Shown here in pieces: positions 33,781 through 44,360 of a stretch of 64,000 nucleotides of DNA. Made by a program: the position numbers and the translations under genes. Numbering within the stretch: position 1 is the stretch's first letter; the number at the start of each line of letters is the position of its first letter. The DNA comes from Escherichia coli O157:H7 (lineage in GTDB: Bacteria > Pseudomonadota > Gammaproteobacteria > Enterobacterales > Enterobacteriaceae). The notes under the pieces were generated by a model. The model was not told the origin of the DNA, made no database searches, and saw nothing but the letters and a program-made list of their open reading frames with translations. Location: assembly GCF_013167455.1 (NCBI RefSeq), contig NZ_CP038328.1; one strand, given 5' to 3'.

Positions 33781-34857
33781 ATGAAAGCACTGGCTCGGTT
33801 TGGCAAAGCCTTTGGCGGCTACAAGATGATCGATGTGCCACAACCCATTTGTGGCCCGGAAGATGTAGTGATTGAAATTAAAGCCGCGGCAATCTGCGGC
33901 GCAGACATGAAGCACTACAATGTCGATAGCGGTTCTGATGAGTTTAACTCTATCCGCGGCCATGAGTTCGCAGGTTGTATTGCGCAGGTTGGTGAAAAAG
34001 TCAAAGACTGGAAAGTGGGGCAACGCGTCGTGTCGGATAACAGCGGTCACGTCTGCGGCGTTTGTCCGGCCTGTGAACAAGGTGATTTTCTGTGTTGTAC
34101 AGAAAAAGTAAACCTTGGTCTGGATAACAATACCTGGGGCGGTGGTTTTTCCAAATATTGTCTGGTTCCTGGTGAAATTCTCAAAATTCATCGTCATGCG
34201 TTGTGGGAAATCCCTGATGGTGTTGATTATGAGGACGCAGCCGTACTTGACCCTATCTGTAATGCCTACAAATCCATCGCGCAGCAATCGAAATTCCTCC
34301 CTGGTCAGGATGTGGTCGTCATCGGCACTGGCCCACTCGGGCTGTTCTCCGTACAAATGGCGCGAATTATGGGGGCGGTAAATATCGTCGTCGTTGGTCT
34401 GCAAGAAGATGTGGCGGTCCGCTTCCCGGTTGCAAAAGAACTGGGTGCGACGGCAGTAGTAAATGGTTCTACCGAAGATGTGGTGGCGCGCTGCCAGCAA
34501 ATTTGTGGCAAAGACAATCTGGGACTGGTGATTGAATGCTCCGGTGCCAATATCGCACTGAAACAAGCCATCGAAATGCTCCGTCCGAACGGGGAAGTGG
34601 TACGCGTTGGAATGGGCTTCAAACCTCTTGATTTCTCGATTAATGACATTACCGCCTGGAACAAAAGCATCATTGGGCATATGGCCTATGACTCCACCTC
34701 ATGGCGTAACGCTATCAGGCTATTAGCCAGCGGCGCTATCAAAGTCAAACCGATGATCACGCATCGTATCGGCCTGTCGCAATGGCGCGAAGGGTTTGAT
34801 GCGATGGTCGATAAAACCGCAATCAAAGTGATCATGACTTACGACTTTGATGAATAA
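33781..34857 (+). CDS. ydjL: Zn-dependent alcohol/polyol dehydrogenase YdjL
   Basis: 358-aa ORF; MDR-family zinc dehydrogenase. Confidence 0.8.
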   Translation: MKALARFGKAFGGYKMIDVPQPICGPEDVVIEIKAAAICGADMKHYNVDSGSDEFNSIRGHEFAGCIAQVGEKVKDWKVGQRVVSDNSGHVCGVCPACEQGDFLCCTEKVNLGLDNNTWGGGFSKYCLVPGEILKIHRHALWEIPDGVDYEDAAVLDPICNAYKSIAQQSKFLPGQDVVVIGTGPLGLFSVQMARIMGAVNIVVVGLQEDVAVRFPVAKELGATAVVNGSTEDVVARCQQICGKDNLGLVIECSGANIALKQAIEMLRPNGEVVRVGMGFKPLDFSINDITAWNKSIIGHMAYDSTSWRNAIRLLASGAIKVKPMITHRIGLSQWREGFDAMVDKTAIKVIMTYDFDE

Positions 34858-34883
34858 CCACTCTCCTGAAGGAACGTTATCGC

Positions 34884-36263
34884 ATGGATCAGATAACAAA
34901 ACCGCATTGTGGTGCACGGCTGGATCGCTTACCGGATTGCCGCTGGCATTCATCAATGTTTGCCATCGTCGCGTTTGGCTTGCTTGTCTGCTGGAGTAAT
35001 GCCGTTGGTGGCTTGATCCTCGCGCAGCTGAAAGCGTTGGGCTGGACAGATAATTCCACCACAGCCACATTCTCAGCAATCACGACCGCCGGAATGTTTC
35101 TCGGTGCGCTGGTGGGCGGCATCATTGGCGACAAAACCGGTCGCAGAAATGCGTTCATCCTCTATGAGGCCATTCATATTGCCTCGATGGTTGTCGGTGC
35201 TTTCTCACCGAATATGGATTTCCTTATTGCCTGCCGTTTTGTGATGGGAGTTGGGCTGGGAGCTTTACTGGTTACGCTGTTTGCTGGTTTCACCGAATAT
35301 ATGCCCGGTAGAAATCGTGGAACGTGGTCAAGTCGGGTTTCCTTTATTGGCAACTGGTCATATCCGCTCTGTTCATTGATAGCGATGGGACTCACGCCGC
35401 TGATTAGTGCAGAGTGGAACTGGCGGGTACAACTGCTTATCCCTGCAATATTGTCGCTTATCGCTACGGCGCTGGCCTGGCGCTACTTTCCTGAATCCCC
35501 GCGCTGGCTGGAATCGCGCGGACGGTATCAGGAAGCCGAGAAAGTCATGCGGAGTATAGAAGAAGGCGTCATACGCCATACAGGTAAACCTTTGCCGCCC
35601 GTGGTTATTGCTGATGACGGTAAAGCACCACAAGCGGTGCCATATTCAGCCTTACTGACAGGAGTATTACTGAAACGCGTGATATTAGGCTCTTGTGTGC
35701 TGATTGCCATGAACGTTGTGCAGTACACACTAATTAACTGGTTGCCAACGATATTCATGACCCAGGGGATTAATTTAAAAGACTCGATTGTTTTAAATAC
35801 CATGAGTATGTTTGGCACGCCATTTGGCATTTTTATTGCCATGCTGGTGATGGATAAAATTCCGCGTAAAACAATGGGTGTGGGGCTATTAATCCTGATT
35901 GCGGTGCTCGGATATATCTATTCACTGCAAACCAGCATGTTGCTCATAACGTTGATTGGTTTCTTCCTGATTACTTTCGTCTATATGTACGTTTGCTATG
36001 CCTCGGCAGTGTATGTCCCTGAGATCTGGCCGACAGAGGCCAAACTCCGTGGCTCCGGTCTGGCGAATGCGGTAGGGCGAATCAGTGGTATTGCCGCACC
36101 TTATGCCGTTGCAGTGCTGCTCAGTAGTTATGGCGTTACGGGAGTCTTTATTCTTCTGGGGGCGGTTTCAATTATTGTCGCAATTGCTATCGCCACCATT
36201 GGAATCGAAACCAAAGGTGTCTCCGTTGAAAGTTTAAGTATTGATGCAGTAGCCAATAAATAA
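34884..36263 (+). CDS. ydjK: MFS sugar transporter YdjK
   Basis: 459-aa 12-TM ORF. Confidence 0.8.
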   Translation: MDQITKPHCGARLDRLPDCRWHSSMFAIVAFGLLVCWSNAVGGLILAQLKALGWTDNSTTATFSAITTAGMFLGALVGGIIGDKTGRRNAFILYEAIHIASMVVGAFSPNMDFLIACRFVMGVGLGALLVTLFAGFTEYMPGRNRGTWSSRVSFIGNWSYPLCSLIAMGLTPLISAEWNWRVQLLIPAILSLIATALAWRYFPESPRWLESRGRYQEAEKVMRSIEEGVIRHTGKPLPPVVIADDGKAPQAVPYSALLTGVLLKRVILGSCVLIAMNVVQYTLINWLPTIFMTQGINLKDSIVLNTMSMFGTPFGIFIAMLVMDKIPRKTMGVGLLILIAVLGYIYSLQTSMLLITLIGFFLITFVYMYVCYASAVYVPEIWPTEAKLRGSGLANAVGRISGIAAPYAVAVLLSSYGVTGVFILLGAVSIIVAIAIATIGIETKGVSVESLSIDAVANK

Positions 36264-36279
36264 TACGGGTGGATTCAAA

Positions 36280-37323
36280 ATGAAAAATTCAAAAGCAATA
36301 TTGCAGGTGCCGGGCACAATGAAAATTATTTCAGCAGAAATACCAGTGCCTAAAGAAGATGAAGTTTTGATTAAAGTAGAATATGTCGGTATTTGTGGTT
36401 CAGATGTACATGGTTTTGAATCAGGTCCGTTTATTCCGCCTAAAGACCCAAATCAAGAAATTGGCCTGGGTCATGAATGCGCCGGGACGGTTGTGGCTGT
36501 GGGAAGCCGTGTGCGCAAATTTAAACCGGGGGATCGGGTAAATATCGAACCTGGCGTTCCTTGCGGTCACTGTCGTTACTGTCTGGAAGGCAAATATAAC
36601 ATCTGCCCGGACGTTGATTTTATGGCGACACAACCCAACTACCGCGGCGCATTAACGCACTATCTGTGTCATCCGGAGAGCTTTACTTACAAACTGCCCG
36701 ACAATATGGACACGATGGAAGGGACGCTGGTGGAGCCTGCCGCAGTCGGGATGCATGCCGCGATGCTGGCAGATGTTAAACCGGGTAAGAAGATAATTAT
36801 TCTGGGAGCAGGTTGTATTGGTTTGATGACGTTGCAAGCGTGCAAATGCCTGGGAGCAACGGAAATTGCCGTCGTTGATGTGCTGGAAAAACGTCTGGCA
36901 ATGGCGGAACAGCTTGGTGCGACAGTGGTTATTAACGGCGCAAAAGAAGACACTATTGCACGCTGTCAGCAATTTACCGAAGACATGGGCGCAGATATTG
37001 TTTTCGAAACAGCGGGTTCTGCGGTCACCGTTAAACAGGCACCTTATCTGGTAATGCGTGGCGGTAAAATTATGATTGTTGGTACTGTACCCGGCGCTTC
37101 GGCAATCAATTTCCTCAAAATCAATCGCGAAGTCACTATCCAGACGGTATTCCGCTATGCCAATCGTTATCCGGTCACGATTGAAGCAATTTCTTCAGGG
37201 CGATTCGATGTGAAATCGATGGTGACGCATATTTACGATTATCGGGATGTACAACAGGCATTTGAAGAGTCAGTTAACAACAAACGCGACATTATTAAAG
37301 GCGTTATTAAGATTAGCGATTAA
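36280..37323 (+). CDS. ydjJ: Zn-dependent dehydrogenase YdjJ
   Basis: 347-aa ORF; sorbitol-dehydrogenase-like. Confidence 0.8.
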   Translation: MKNSKAILQVPGTMKIISAEIPVPKEDEVLIKVEYVGICGSDVHGFESGPFIPPKDPNQEIGLGHECAGTVVAVGSRVRKFKPGDRVNIEPGVPCGHCRYCLEGKYNICPDVDFMATQPNYRGALTHYLCHPESFTYKLPDNMDTMEGTLVEPAAVGMHAAMLADVKPGKKIIILGAGCIGLMTLQACKCLGATEIAVVDVLEKRLAMAEQLGATVVINGAKEDTIARCQQFTEDMGADIVFETAGSAVTVKQAPYLVMRGGKIMIVGTVPGASAINFLKINREVTIQTVFRYANRYPVTIEAISSGRFDVKSMVTHIYDYRDVQQAFEESVNNKRDIIKGVIKISD

Positions 37324-37343
37324 TTAATACGGGAGAACAGAAC

Positions 37344-38180
37344 ATGCTCGCAGATATCAGATATTGGGAAAACGATGCCACAAATAAACGTTATGCTATT
37401 GCCCATTTTAATGTATGGAATGCAGAAATGTTGATGGGCGTTATCGACGCAGCCGAAGAAGCGAAATCACCGGTTATTATTTCTTTTGGCACAGGTTTTG
37501 TCGGCAACACCTCATTTGAAGATTTCTCTCACATGATGGTATCTATGGCACAAAAAGCAACGGTGCCGGTAATAACTCATTGGGATCATGGTCGGAGTAT
37601 GGAGATTATTCATAACGCCTGGACTCATGGTATGAATTCATTAATGCGTGATGCTTCCGCATTTGATTTCGAAGAAAATATTCGTTTAACCAAAGAGGCT
37701 GTTGATTTCTTCCATCCGCTGGGTATTCCGGTAGAGGCGGAATTAGGGCATGTCGGTAATGAAACCGTTTATGAGGAAGCGCTGGCGGGCTATCACTATA
37801 CCGATCCTGACCAGGCGGCTGAATTTGTTGAACGTACGGGCTGTGACTCATTGGCTGTCGCCATCGGCAACCAGCATGGGGTTTATACGTCAGAGCCACA
37901 ATTGAACTTTGAGGTCGTCAAACGCGTACGCGATGCAGTGTCTGTTCCGCTGGTTTTGCATGGCGCATCGGGGATCAGTGATGCCGACATTAAAACTGCA
38001 ATTTCGTTGGGTATCGCGAAAATCAACATCCATACGGAGCTCTGTCAGGCCGCAATGGTCGCAGTGAAAGAAAACCAGGATCAGCCTTTCCTGCATTTAG
38101 AACGTGAAGTACGTAAAGCTGTAAAAGAACGGGCATTGGAAAAAATTAAACTGTTCGGTTCTGATGGCAAAGCGGAATAA
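37344..38180 (+). CDS. ydjI: Class II aldolase YdjI
   Basis: 278-aa ORF; tagatose/fructose-bisphosphate aldolase family. Confidence 0.8.
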   Translation: MLADIRYWENDATNKRYAIAHFNVWNAEMLMGVIDAAEEAKSPVIISFGTGFVGNTSFEDFSHMMVSMAQKATVPVITHWDHGRSMEIIHNAWTHGMNSLMRDASAFDFEENIRLTKEAVDFFHPLGIPVEAELGHVGNETVYEEALAGYHYTDPDQAAEFVERTGCDSLAVAIGNQHGVYTSEPQLNFEVVKRVRDAVSVPLVLHGASGISDADIKTAISLGIAKINIHTELCQAAMVAVKENQDQPFLHLEREVRKAVKERALEKIKLFGSDGKAE

Positions 38181-39117
38181 TGATATGGATAATCTCGACG
38201 TTATTTGTATAGGTGCCGCTATTGTTGATATTCCATTGCAACCGGTCAGTAAAAATATCTTTGATGTGGATTCTTATCCTCTTGAAAGAATCGCAATGAC
38301 CACCGGGGGTGATGCAATAAATGAAGCAACAATTATTTCTCGTCTGGGCCATTGTACAGCATTAATGAGCCGTATTGGTAAAGATGCCGCAGGGCAGTTT
38401 ATTCTCGACCATTGCCGCAAAGAGAATATTGATATTCAAAGCCTGAAGCAGGACGTCAACATAGATACCTCTATTAATGTTGGACTGGTGACGGAGGATG
38501 GCGAGCGGACGTTTGTCACAAACCGTAACGGCAGTCTGTGGAAATTGAATATTGACGATGTTGATTTTGCGCGGTTTTCCCAGGCGAAATTATTATCACT
38601 GGCCAGTATTTTCAACAGTCCACTATTGGATGGTAAAGCGCTAACAGAAATTTTTACGCAAGCTAAAGCCCGGCAGATGAATATCTGTGCCGATATGATT
38701 AAACCGCGGTTGAATGAAACGCTGGATGATATTTGCGAAGCATTGAGTTATGTCAATTATGCCGAGGCAAAATTACTCACCGGGAAAGAGACACTGGATG
38801 AAATTGCTGACAGCTTTCTTGCGTGCGGCGTAAAAACGGTGGTGATTAAAACGGGTAAAGACGGCTGCTTTATCAAGCGTGGTGACATGACGATGAAGGT
38901 GCCGGCGGTCGCAGGAATAACCGCCATCGACACCATTGGCGCGGGCGATAACTTTGCTTCAGGTTTTATTGCGGCACTGTTAGAAGGAAAAAATCTGCGT
39001 GAATGCGCACGCTTTGCCAATGCAACGGCGGCTATCTCGGTTCTAAGCGTCGGTGCCACCACCGGCGTAAAAAACAGAAAGCTGGTCGAACAATTGCTGG
39101 AAGAATACGAAGGATAA
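38164..39117 (+). CDS. ydjH: PfkB-family sugar kinase YdjH
   Basis: 317-aa ORF overlapping the ydjI 3' end; GAGD motif (IGAGDNFASGF). Confidence 0.8.
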   Translation: MAKRNNDMDNLDVICIGAAIVDIPLQPVSKNIFDVDSYPLERIAMTTGGDAINEATIISRLGHCTALMSRIGKDAAGQFILDHCRKENIDIQSLKQDVNIDTSINVGLVTEDGERTFVTNRNGSLWKLNIDDVDFARFSQAKLLSLASIFNSPLLDGKALTEIFTQAKARQMNICADMIKPRLNETLDDICEALSYVNYAEAKLLTGKETLDEIADSFLACGVKTVVIKTGKDGCFIKRGDMTMKVPAVAGITAIDTIGAGDNFASGFIAALLEGKNLRECARFANATAAISVLSVGATTGVKNRKLVEQLLEEYEG

Positions 39118-39126
39118 TGAAGGCAA

Positions 39127-40107
39127 ATGAAAAAGATACCTTTAGGCACAACGGATATTACGCTTTCGCGAATGGGGTTGGGGACATGGGCCATTGGCGG
39201 CGGTCCTGCATGGAATGGCGATCTCGATCGGCAAATATGTATTGATACGATTCTTGAAGCCCATCGTTGCGGCATTAACCTGATTGATACTGCACCAGGA
39301 TATAACTTTGGCAATAGTGAAGTTATCGTCGGTCAGGCGTTAAAAAAACTGCCCCGTGAACAGGTTGTAGTAGAAACCAAATGCGGCATTGTCTGGGAAC
39401 GAAAAGGAAGTTTATTCAACAAAGTTGGCGATCGGCAGTTGTATAAAAACCTTTCCCCGGAATCTATCCGCGAAGAGGTAGAAGCCAGCTTGCAACGTCT
39501 GGGTTTTGATTACATCGATATCTACATGACGCACTGGCAGTCGGTGCCGCCATTTTATACGCCGATCGCTGAAACTGTCGCAGTGCTTAATGAGTTAAAG
39601 GCTGAAGGGAAAATTCGCGCTATAGGCGCTGCTAACGTCGATGCTGACCATATCCGCGAGTATCTGCAATATGGTGAACTGGATATTATTCAGGCGAAAT
39701 ACAGTATCCTCGACCGGGCAATGGAAAACGAACTGCTGCCGCTATGTCGTGATAATGGCATTGTGGTTCAGGTTTATTCCCCGCTAGAGCAGGGATTGTT
39801 GACCGGCACCATCACTCGTGATTACGTTCCGGGCGGCGCTCGGGCAAATAAAGTCTGGTTCCAGCGTGAAAACATGCTGAAAGTGATTGATATGCTTGAA
39901 CAGTGGCAGCCACTTTGTGCTCGTTATCAGTGCACAATTCCCACTCTGGCACTGGCGTGGATATTAAAACAGAGTGATTTAATCTCCATTCTTAGTGGGG
40001 CTACTGCACCGGAACAGGTACGCGAAAATGTCGCGGCACTGAATATCAACTTATCGGATGCAGACGCAACATTGATGAGGGAAATGGCAGAGGTCTTGGG
40101 GCGTTAA
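39127..40107 (+). CDS. ydjG: Aldo-keto reductase YdjG
   Basis: 326-aa ORF. Confidence 0.8.
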   Translation: MKKIPLGTTDITLSRMGLGTWAIGGGPAWNGDLDRQICIDTILEAHRCGINLIDTAPGYNFGNSEVIVGQALKKLPREQVVVETKCGIVWERKGSLFNKVGDRQLYKNLSPESIREEVEASLQRLGFDYIDIYMTHWQSVPPFYTPIAETVAVLNELKAEGKIRAIGAANVDADHIREYLQYGELDIIQAKYSILDRAMENELLPLCRDNGIVVQVYSPLEQGLLTGTITRDYVPGGARANKVWFQRENMLKVIDMLEQWQPLCARYQCTIPTLALAWILKQSDLISILSGATAPEQVRENVAALNINLSDADATLMREMAEVLGR

Positions 40108-40125
40108 ATACTCAACACGATTCAC

Positions 40126-40172
40126 CTCTGTTTCTGTGAAAACTGTGATGAAAATCTGTGATTCAAACAGGT
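40126..40172. promoter_or_regulatory. Repeated CTGTGA motifs with flanking inverted repeat upstream of ydjF, candidate DeoR-type operator
   Basis: Three CTGTGA copies at 40134, 40143 and 40156, bracketed by ctgttt / aaacag. Confidence 0.3.
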
Positions 40173-40243
40173 TATTTTGAAAGTAAACATCGGTTATGCG
40201 ATAATCGCGCTAATGTGATGTAAAAAGATACAGGGGTGTAATC

Positions 40244-41002
40244 GTGGCGGCAAAAGACAGGATTCAGGCAATTAAGCAAATGGTTGCCAACGATAAAAAG
40301 GTGACAGTCTCAAATTTGAGTGGGATTTTTCAGGTAACCGAAGAAACCATTCGCCGCGATCTTGAGAAGCTGGAAGATGAAGGCTTTTTGACCAGAACCT
40401 ATGGTGGTGCTGTTTTAAATACAGCGATGTTGACGGAGAATATCCATTTTTATAAGCGCGCTTCATCGTTTTATGAAGAGAAGCAGCTTATTGCACGCAA
40501 GGCACTACCCTTTATCGACAATAAAACCACCATGGCAGCCGATTCCAGTAGTACCGTAATGGAATTGCTCAAATTGTTACAGGACCGTAGTGACCTGACG
40601 TTGCTAACCAACTCGGCGGAAGCGATTCATGTTCTGGCTCAGTCAGAAATTAAAGTCGTTTCAACGGGTGGGGAACTAAACAAAAATACACTTTCACTGC
40701 AAGGAAGAATTACTAAAGAGATCATCAGCCGCTATCATGTCGATATCATGGTAATGAGTTGTAAAGGTCTTGATATTAACAGCGGCGCGCTGGACTCTAA
40801 TGAAGCGGAAGCTGAAATCAAAAAGACAATGATCCGTCAGGCGACAGAAGTTGCGTTATTGGTTGATCACTCTAAGTTTGATCGCAAAGCTTTTGTCCAG
40901 TTAGCCGACTTTAGTCATATTAATTACATAATAACTGATAAATCACCGGGTGCAGAGTGGATAGCATTTTGCAAAGACAATAATATCCAGCTGGTGTGGT
41001 AA
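40244..41002 (+). CDS. ydjF: DeoR-family transcriptional regulator YdjF
   Basis: 252-aa ORF, GTG start; N-terminal HTH and DeoR C-terminal domain. Confidence 0.8.
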   Translation: MAAKDRIQAIKQMVANDKKVTVSNLSGIFQVTEETIRRDLEKLEDEGFLTRTYGGAVLNTAMLTENIHFYKRASSFYEEKQLIARKALPFIDNKTTMAADSSSTVMELLKLLQDRSDLTLLTNSAEAIHVLAQSEIKVVSTGGELNKNTLSLQGRITKEIISRYHVDIMVMSCKGLDINSGALDSNEAEAEIKKTMIRQATEVALLVDHSKFDRKAFVQLADFSHINYIITDKSPGAEWIAFCKDNNIQLVW

Positions 41003-41119
41003 TTTAAGCACGCGTTGTCAATATTATTTGTTCCTGCGCCTGGAAATAAAATGATGATAAAGATGCGGCAAGTGAATTTGCCGCAATTGCTACCTTTTTT
41101 AGCAAATCCGAGGCACCCA

Positions 41120-42478
41120 ATGGAACAATATGATCAAATTGGCGCAAGACTGGACCGCTTGCCTTTGGCCCGGTTTCATTATCGTATATTTGGTATTATA
41201 AGCTTTAGTCTGTTATTAACAGGGTTTTTGAGTTACTCCGGTAATGTCGTCTTAGCAAAGCTGGTAAGCAATGGATGGTCAAATAATTTCCTCAATGCCG
41301 CCTTTACCTCGGCATTAATGTTTGGTTATTTCATCGGCTCTCTTACCGGTGGGTTCATCGGTGATTACTTTGGGCGGCGCAGGGCGTTTCGCATAAATCT
41401 TCTCATCGTCGGTATTGCTGCAACAGGGGCCGCTTTTGTCCCTGATATGTACTGGCTTATCTTCTTTCGCTTCCTGATGGGAACAGGAATGGGGGCGCTG
41501 ATTATGGTTGGCTATGCCTCATTTACGGAGTTTATCCCCGCGACGGTGCGTGGAAAATGGTCCGCGCGGCTCTCATTTGTTGGTAACTGGTCGCCCATGC
41601 TGTCTGCGGCGATAGGTGTGGTGGTTATCGCTTTTTTTAGTTGGCGGATAATGTTTCTGTTGGGTGGTATTGGCATACTGTTAGCCTGGTTTCTCTCAGG
41701 TAAATACTTTATTGAGTCGCCACGATGGCTGGCAGGGAAAGGGCAAATCGCAGGTGCAGAATGCCAACTTCGTGAAGTAGAGCAGCAAATTGAAAGAGAG
41801 AAGAGTATTCGTTTACCCCCGCTTACTTCGTATCAGAGCAACAGCAAGGTTAAAGTAATCAAGGGTACTTTCTGGCTCCTGTTTAAAGGTGAAATGTTAC
41901 GACGTACATTAGTCGCGATTACTGTTTTAATTGCAATGAACATTTCGCTTTATACCATCACCGTATGGATACCGACCATATTTGTTAACTCCGGCATTGA
42001 TGTCGATAAATCAATATTAATGACCGCTGTTATTATGATTGGCGCTCCGGTAGGAATATTTATTGCGGCATTAATTATTGATCATTTTCCTCGTCGGTTA
42101 TTTGGCTCCACCTTACTTATTATTATTGCAGTGTTAGGCTATATCTATTCAATTCAGACTACAGAGTGGGCGATTTTAATCTATGGCCTGGTGATGATCT
42201 TCTTTTTATACATGTATGTTTGCTTCGCGTCGGCGGTTTATATCCCGGAGCTTTGGCCAACGCATTTACGCCTGCGCGGTTCGGGTTTCGTTAATGCCGT
42301 CGGACGGATCGTCGCAGTCTTCACGCCCTATGGCGTTGCGGCATTATTAACACATTATGGGTCGATCACGGTGTTTATGGTACTTGGTGTCATGTTATTG
42401 CTCTGTGCGCTGGTTCTCTCCATTTTTGGCATCGAAACGCGGAAGGTGTCGTTGGAAGAGATTTCTGAGGTAAATTAA
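41120..42478 (+). CDS. ydjE: MFS transporter YdjE
   Basis: Start at MEQYDQIGARLDRL gives 452 aa; paralogous to ydjK. Confidence 0.75.
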   Translation: MEQYDQIGARLDRLPLARFHYRIFGIISFSLLLTGFLSYSGNVVLAKLVSNGWSNNFLNAAFTSALMFGYFIGSLTGGFIGDYFGRRRAFRINLLIVGIAATGAAFVPDMYWLIFFRFLMGTGMGALIMVGYASFTEFIPATVRGKWSARLSFVGNWSPMLSAAIGVVVIAFFSWRIMFLLGGIGILLAWFLSGKYFIESPRWLAGKGQIAGAECQLREVEQQIEREKSIRLPPLTSYQSNSKVKVIKGTFWLLFKGEMLRRTLVAITVLIAMNISLYTITVWIPTIFVNSGIDVDKSILMTAVIMIGAPVGIFIAALIIDHFPRRLFGSTLLIIIAVLGYIYSIQTTEWAILIYGLVMIFFLYMYVCFASAVYIPELWPTHLRLRGSGFVNAVGRIVAVFTPYGVAALLTHYGSITVFMVLGVMLLLCALVLSIFGIETRKVSLEEISEVN

Positions 42479-42530
42479 ATCTTTCGTTGATGGCATCAAT
42501 TGCCAGATGTGCCACTGACGTGTTTTATTT

Positions 42531-42561
42531 GGCCTACAATGCCAGTACAGAATTGTAGGCC
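42531..42561. repeat. REP-like palindrome between ydjE and pncA
   Basis: ggcctacaat...attgtaggcc inverted repeat. Confidence 0.35.
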
Positions 42562-42570
42562 AGCGTAAAA

Positions 42571-43212
42571 TTACCCCTGCGTCTCTTCCCAGTCTGCCAG
42601 CGTATATAGCGTTGCCCCAGCTGCTGACATCTCCATAAACGCGTGCGCACTGTCCTGGGGCTGGATATTCACGCCACGACAACCATCGGTAATCACGTTT
42701 ACCTTATAACCTAACTGTAACGCGTCCAGCACGGTAAACTTCACGCAATAGTCAGTAGCCAGGCCCATAACGATCAATTCATCGATTTCATGATCGCGTA
42801 ACCAGTCATCGAGAGAGGTTTTCTGCCGACGGCCGTTATCAAAAAAGGCACTGTAACTGTCAACTAAAGGATTTTCGCCTTTATGGAACACCGCTGCGAT
42901 CGCTTTTTGGTTCAGTAACGGATGTAATTGTGCGCCTTCACTGTTCTGCACACAGTGATCTGGCCAGAAGGTTTGTGGCAAACCGTCGAGTTGGCCTGGC
43001 GTATAAGGCTCTACACCGTGCTGGCTGGCAAAACTGCCGTGATTCGCCGGGTGCCAGTCCTGACTGGCGATAACCGCTTCACCGCGCGACTGGCACCAGT
43101 CAATCAGGCGGTTAGCGACATCCACCGTACTGTCACCTTCCGGCACGGCGAGCGCGCCACCAGCACAGAAATCATTTTGTAAATCGACCAGTAACAGGGC
43201 GCGAGGGGGCAT
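42571..43212 (-). CDS. pncA: Nicotinamidase/pyrazinamidase PncA
   Basis: Start at MPPRALLLVDLQNDFC gives 213 aa; isochorismatase-fold. Confidence 0.85.
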   Translation of the reverse strand: MPPRALLLVDLQNDFCAGGALAVPEGDSTVDVANRLIDWCQSRGEAVIASQDWHPANHGSFASQHGVEPYTPGQLDGLPQTFWPDHCVQNSEGAQLHPLLNQKAIAAVFHKGENPLVDSYSAFFDNGRRQKTSLDDWLRDHEIDELIVMGLATDYCVKFTVLDALQLGYKVNVITDGCRGVNIQPQDSAHAFMEMSAAGATLYTLADWEETQG

Positions 43213-43222
43213 TGCAGTCTCC

Positions 43223-44239
43223 TTAATCATCCGGCGTCAGTTCGCCGCGCAGGTTTTGGCTCATGGCCTTGCGAATGGTTTCAGTATCCAGTTCCTGGCT
43301 AAGCAGGTAATGCAGTTTGGTTAGCGTGGCTTCTACAGTCATATCTGCACCGCCAATAACGCCAGCATGGGCGAGGGCGTTACCGGTGGCATAACCACCC
43401 ATATTCACTTTACCGGACATACATTGTGTCAGGTTGACCACCACAATACCGCGATCGCTGGCTTCTTGTAATTCCTGCAGGAAGGCTTTGTTTTGTGGCG
43501 CATTACCCACGCCATAGGAGCGCAGAATCAATGCTTTCACCGGTTGGCGCAGAAAATTGCGCACGACGTCAGCAGAAATCCCTGGATAAATCGTCACTAC
43601 GCCAATTGGTTGTGGGGTGATTGGATGTACGATCAATTCCCCTTCACCGTGCGGGGCGGGTGGCGTATTCAAACGACGAATATGGATACCTGCTTCCAGT
43701 AACGGAGGAAGGTTTGGAGAGGCAAACGCATCAAAACCATCGGCATGGGCTTTGGTAGTGCGGTTGCCGCGATACAGTCGGTTATTAAAAAAGAGTGTTA
43801 CTTCGTTGATCGGATAATTCGCCGCAACGTACAACGCATTCAGCAGATTAATTTGTCCGTCAGAGCGTAACTCAGCCAGCGGGATTTGTGACCCTGTCAC
43901 AATGACCGGTTTACCGAGATTTTCGAGCATGAACGACAGCGCAGAGGCGGTATACGCCATCGTGTCGGTGCCGTGCAGAATGACAAAACCATCATAGTCG
44001 TCATAGTGCGCTTTAATATCTTCAGCAATATGCTGCCAGTCTTCCGGCGTCATATCTGAAGAATCCATCAGCGGCGTATATTCATGAATGGTGAAATCTG
44101 GCATCTCCGGGCGATGGAATTCCGGCATCAGCGCCAGTTGGCGTTGTAGATGACCTGACACCGGTATATAACCCTGCTCGGAACGCTGCATCCCGATGGT
44201 CCCGCCCGTGTAGGCAACGTAAATTGATTTCTTTTGCAT
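43223..44239 (-). CDS. ansA: Cytoplasmic L-asparaginase I
   Basis: 338-aa ORF MQKKSIYVAYTGGTIGMQRS...; recognised. Confidence 0.9.
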   Translation of the reverse strand: MQKKSIYVAYTGGTIGMQRSEQGYIPVSGHLQRQLALMPEFHRPEMPDFTIHEYTPLMDSSDMTPEDWQHIAEDIKAHYDDYDGFVILHGTDTMAYTASALSFMLENLGKPVIVTGSQIPLAELRSDGQINLLNALYVAANYPINEVTLFFNNRLYRGNRTTKAHADGFDAFASPNLPPLLEAGIHIRRLNTPPAPHGEGELIVHPITPQPIGVVTIYPGISADVVRNFLRQPVKALILRSYGVGNAPQNKAFLQELQEASDRGIVVVNLTQCMSGKVNMGGYATGNALAHAGVIGGADMTVEATLTKLHYLLSQELDTETIRKAMSQNLRGELTPDD

Positions 44240-44328
44240 GATATTGATATGAATGATATCGAAAGAGCAAAAGTATATACGTGAGGGGCAGCGAGCGCAC
44301 CTGGATACTCTGTGGATATGAGAAAAGT

Positions 44329-44360
44329 CCGGCAGGACGGAGGGATTAGTGTCCCGCCGG
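44329..44360 (-). terminator. Intrinsic terminator immediately downstream of the extra ORF (44371..45093)
   Basis: ccggcaggac-ggagggattagt-gtcccgccgg stem (one G-U pair) followed on the minus-strand transcript by ACUUUUCU; the same 8-mer also precedes the hairpin. Confidence 0.5.

Noticed and set aside
33718-34680. 320-aa minus-strand ORF antisense to ydjL
   Set aside because: Fully embedded in ydjL on the opposite strand; no recognisable domain.
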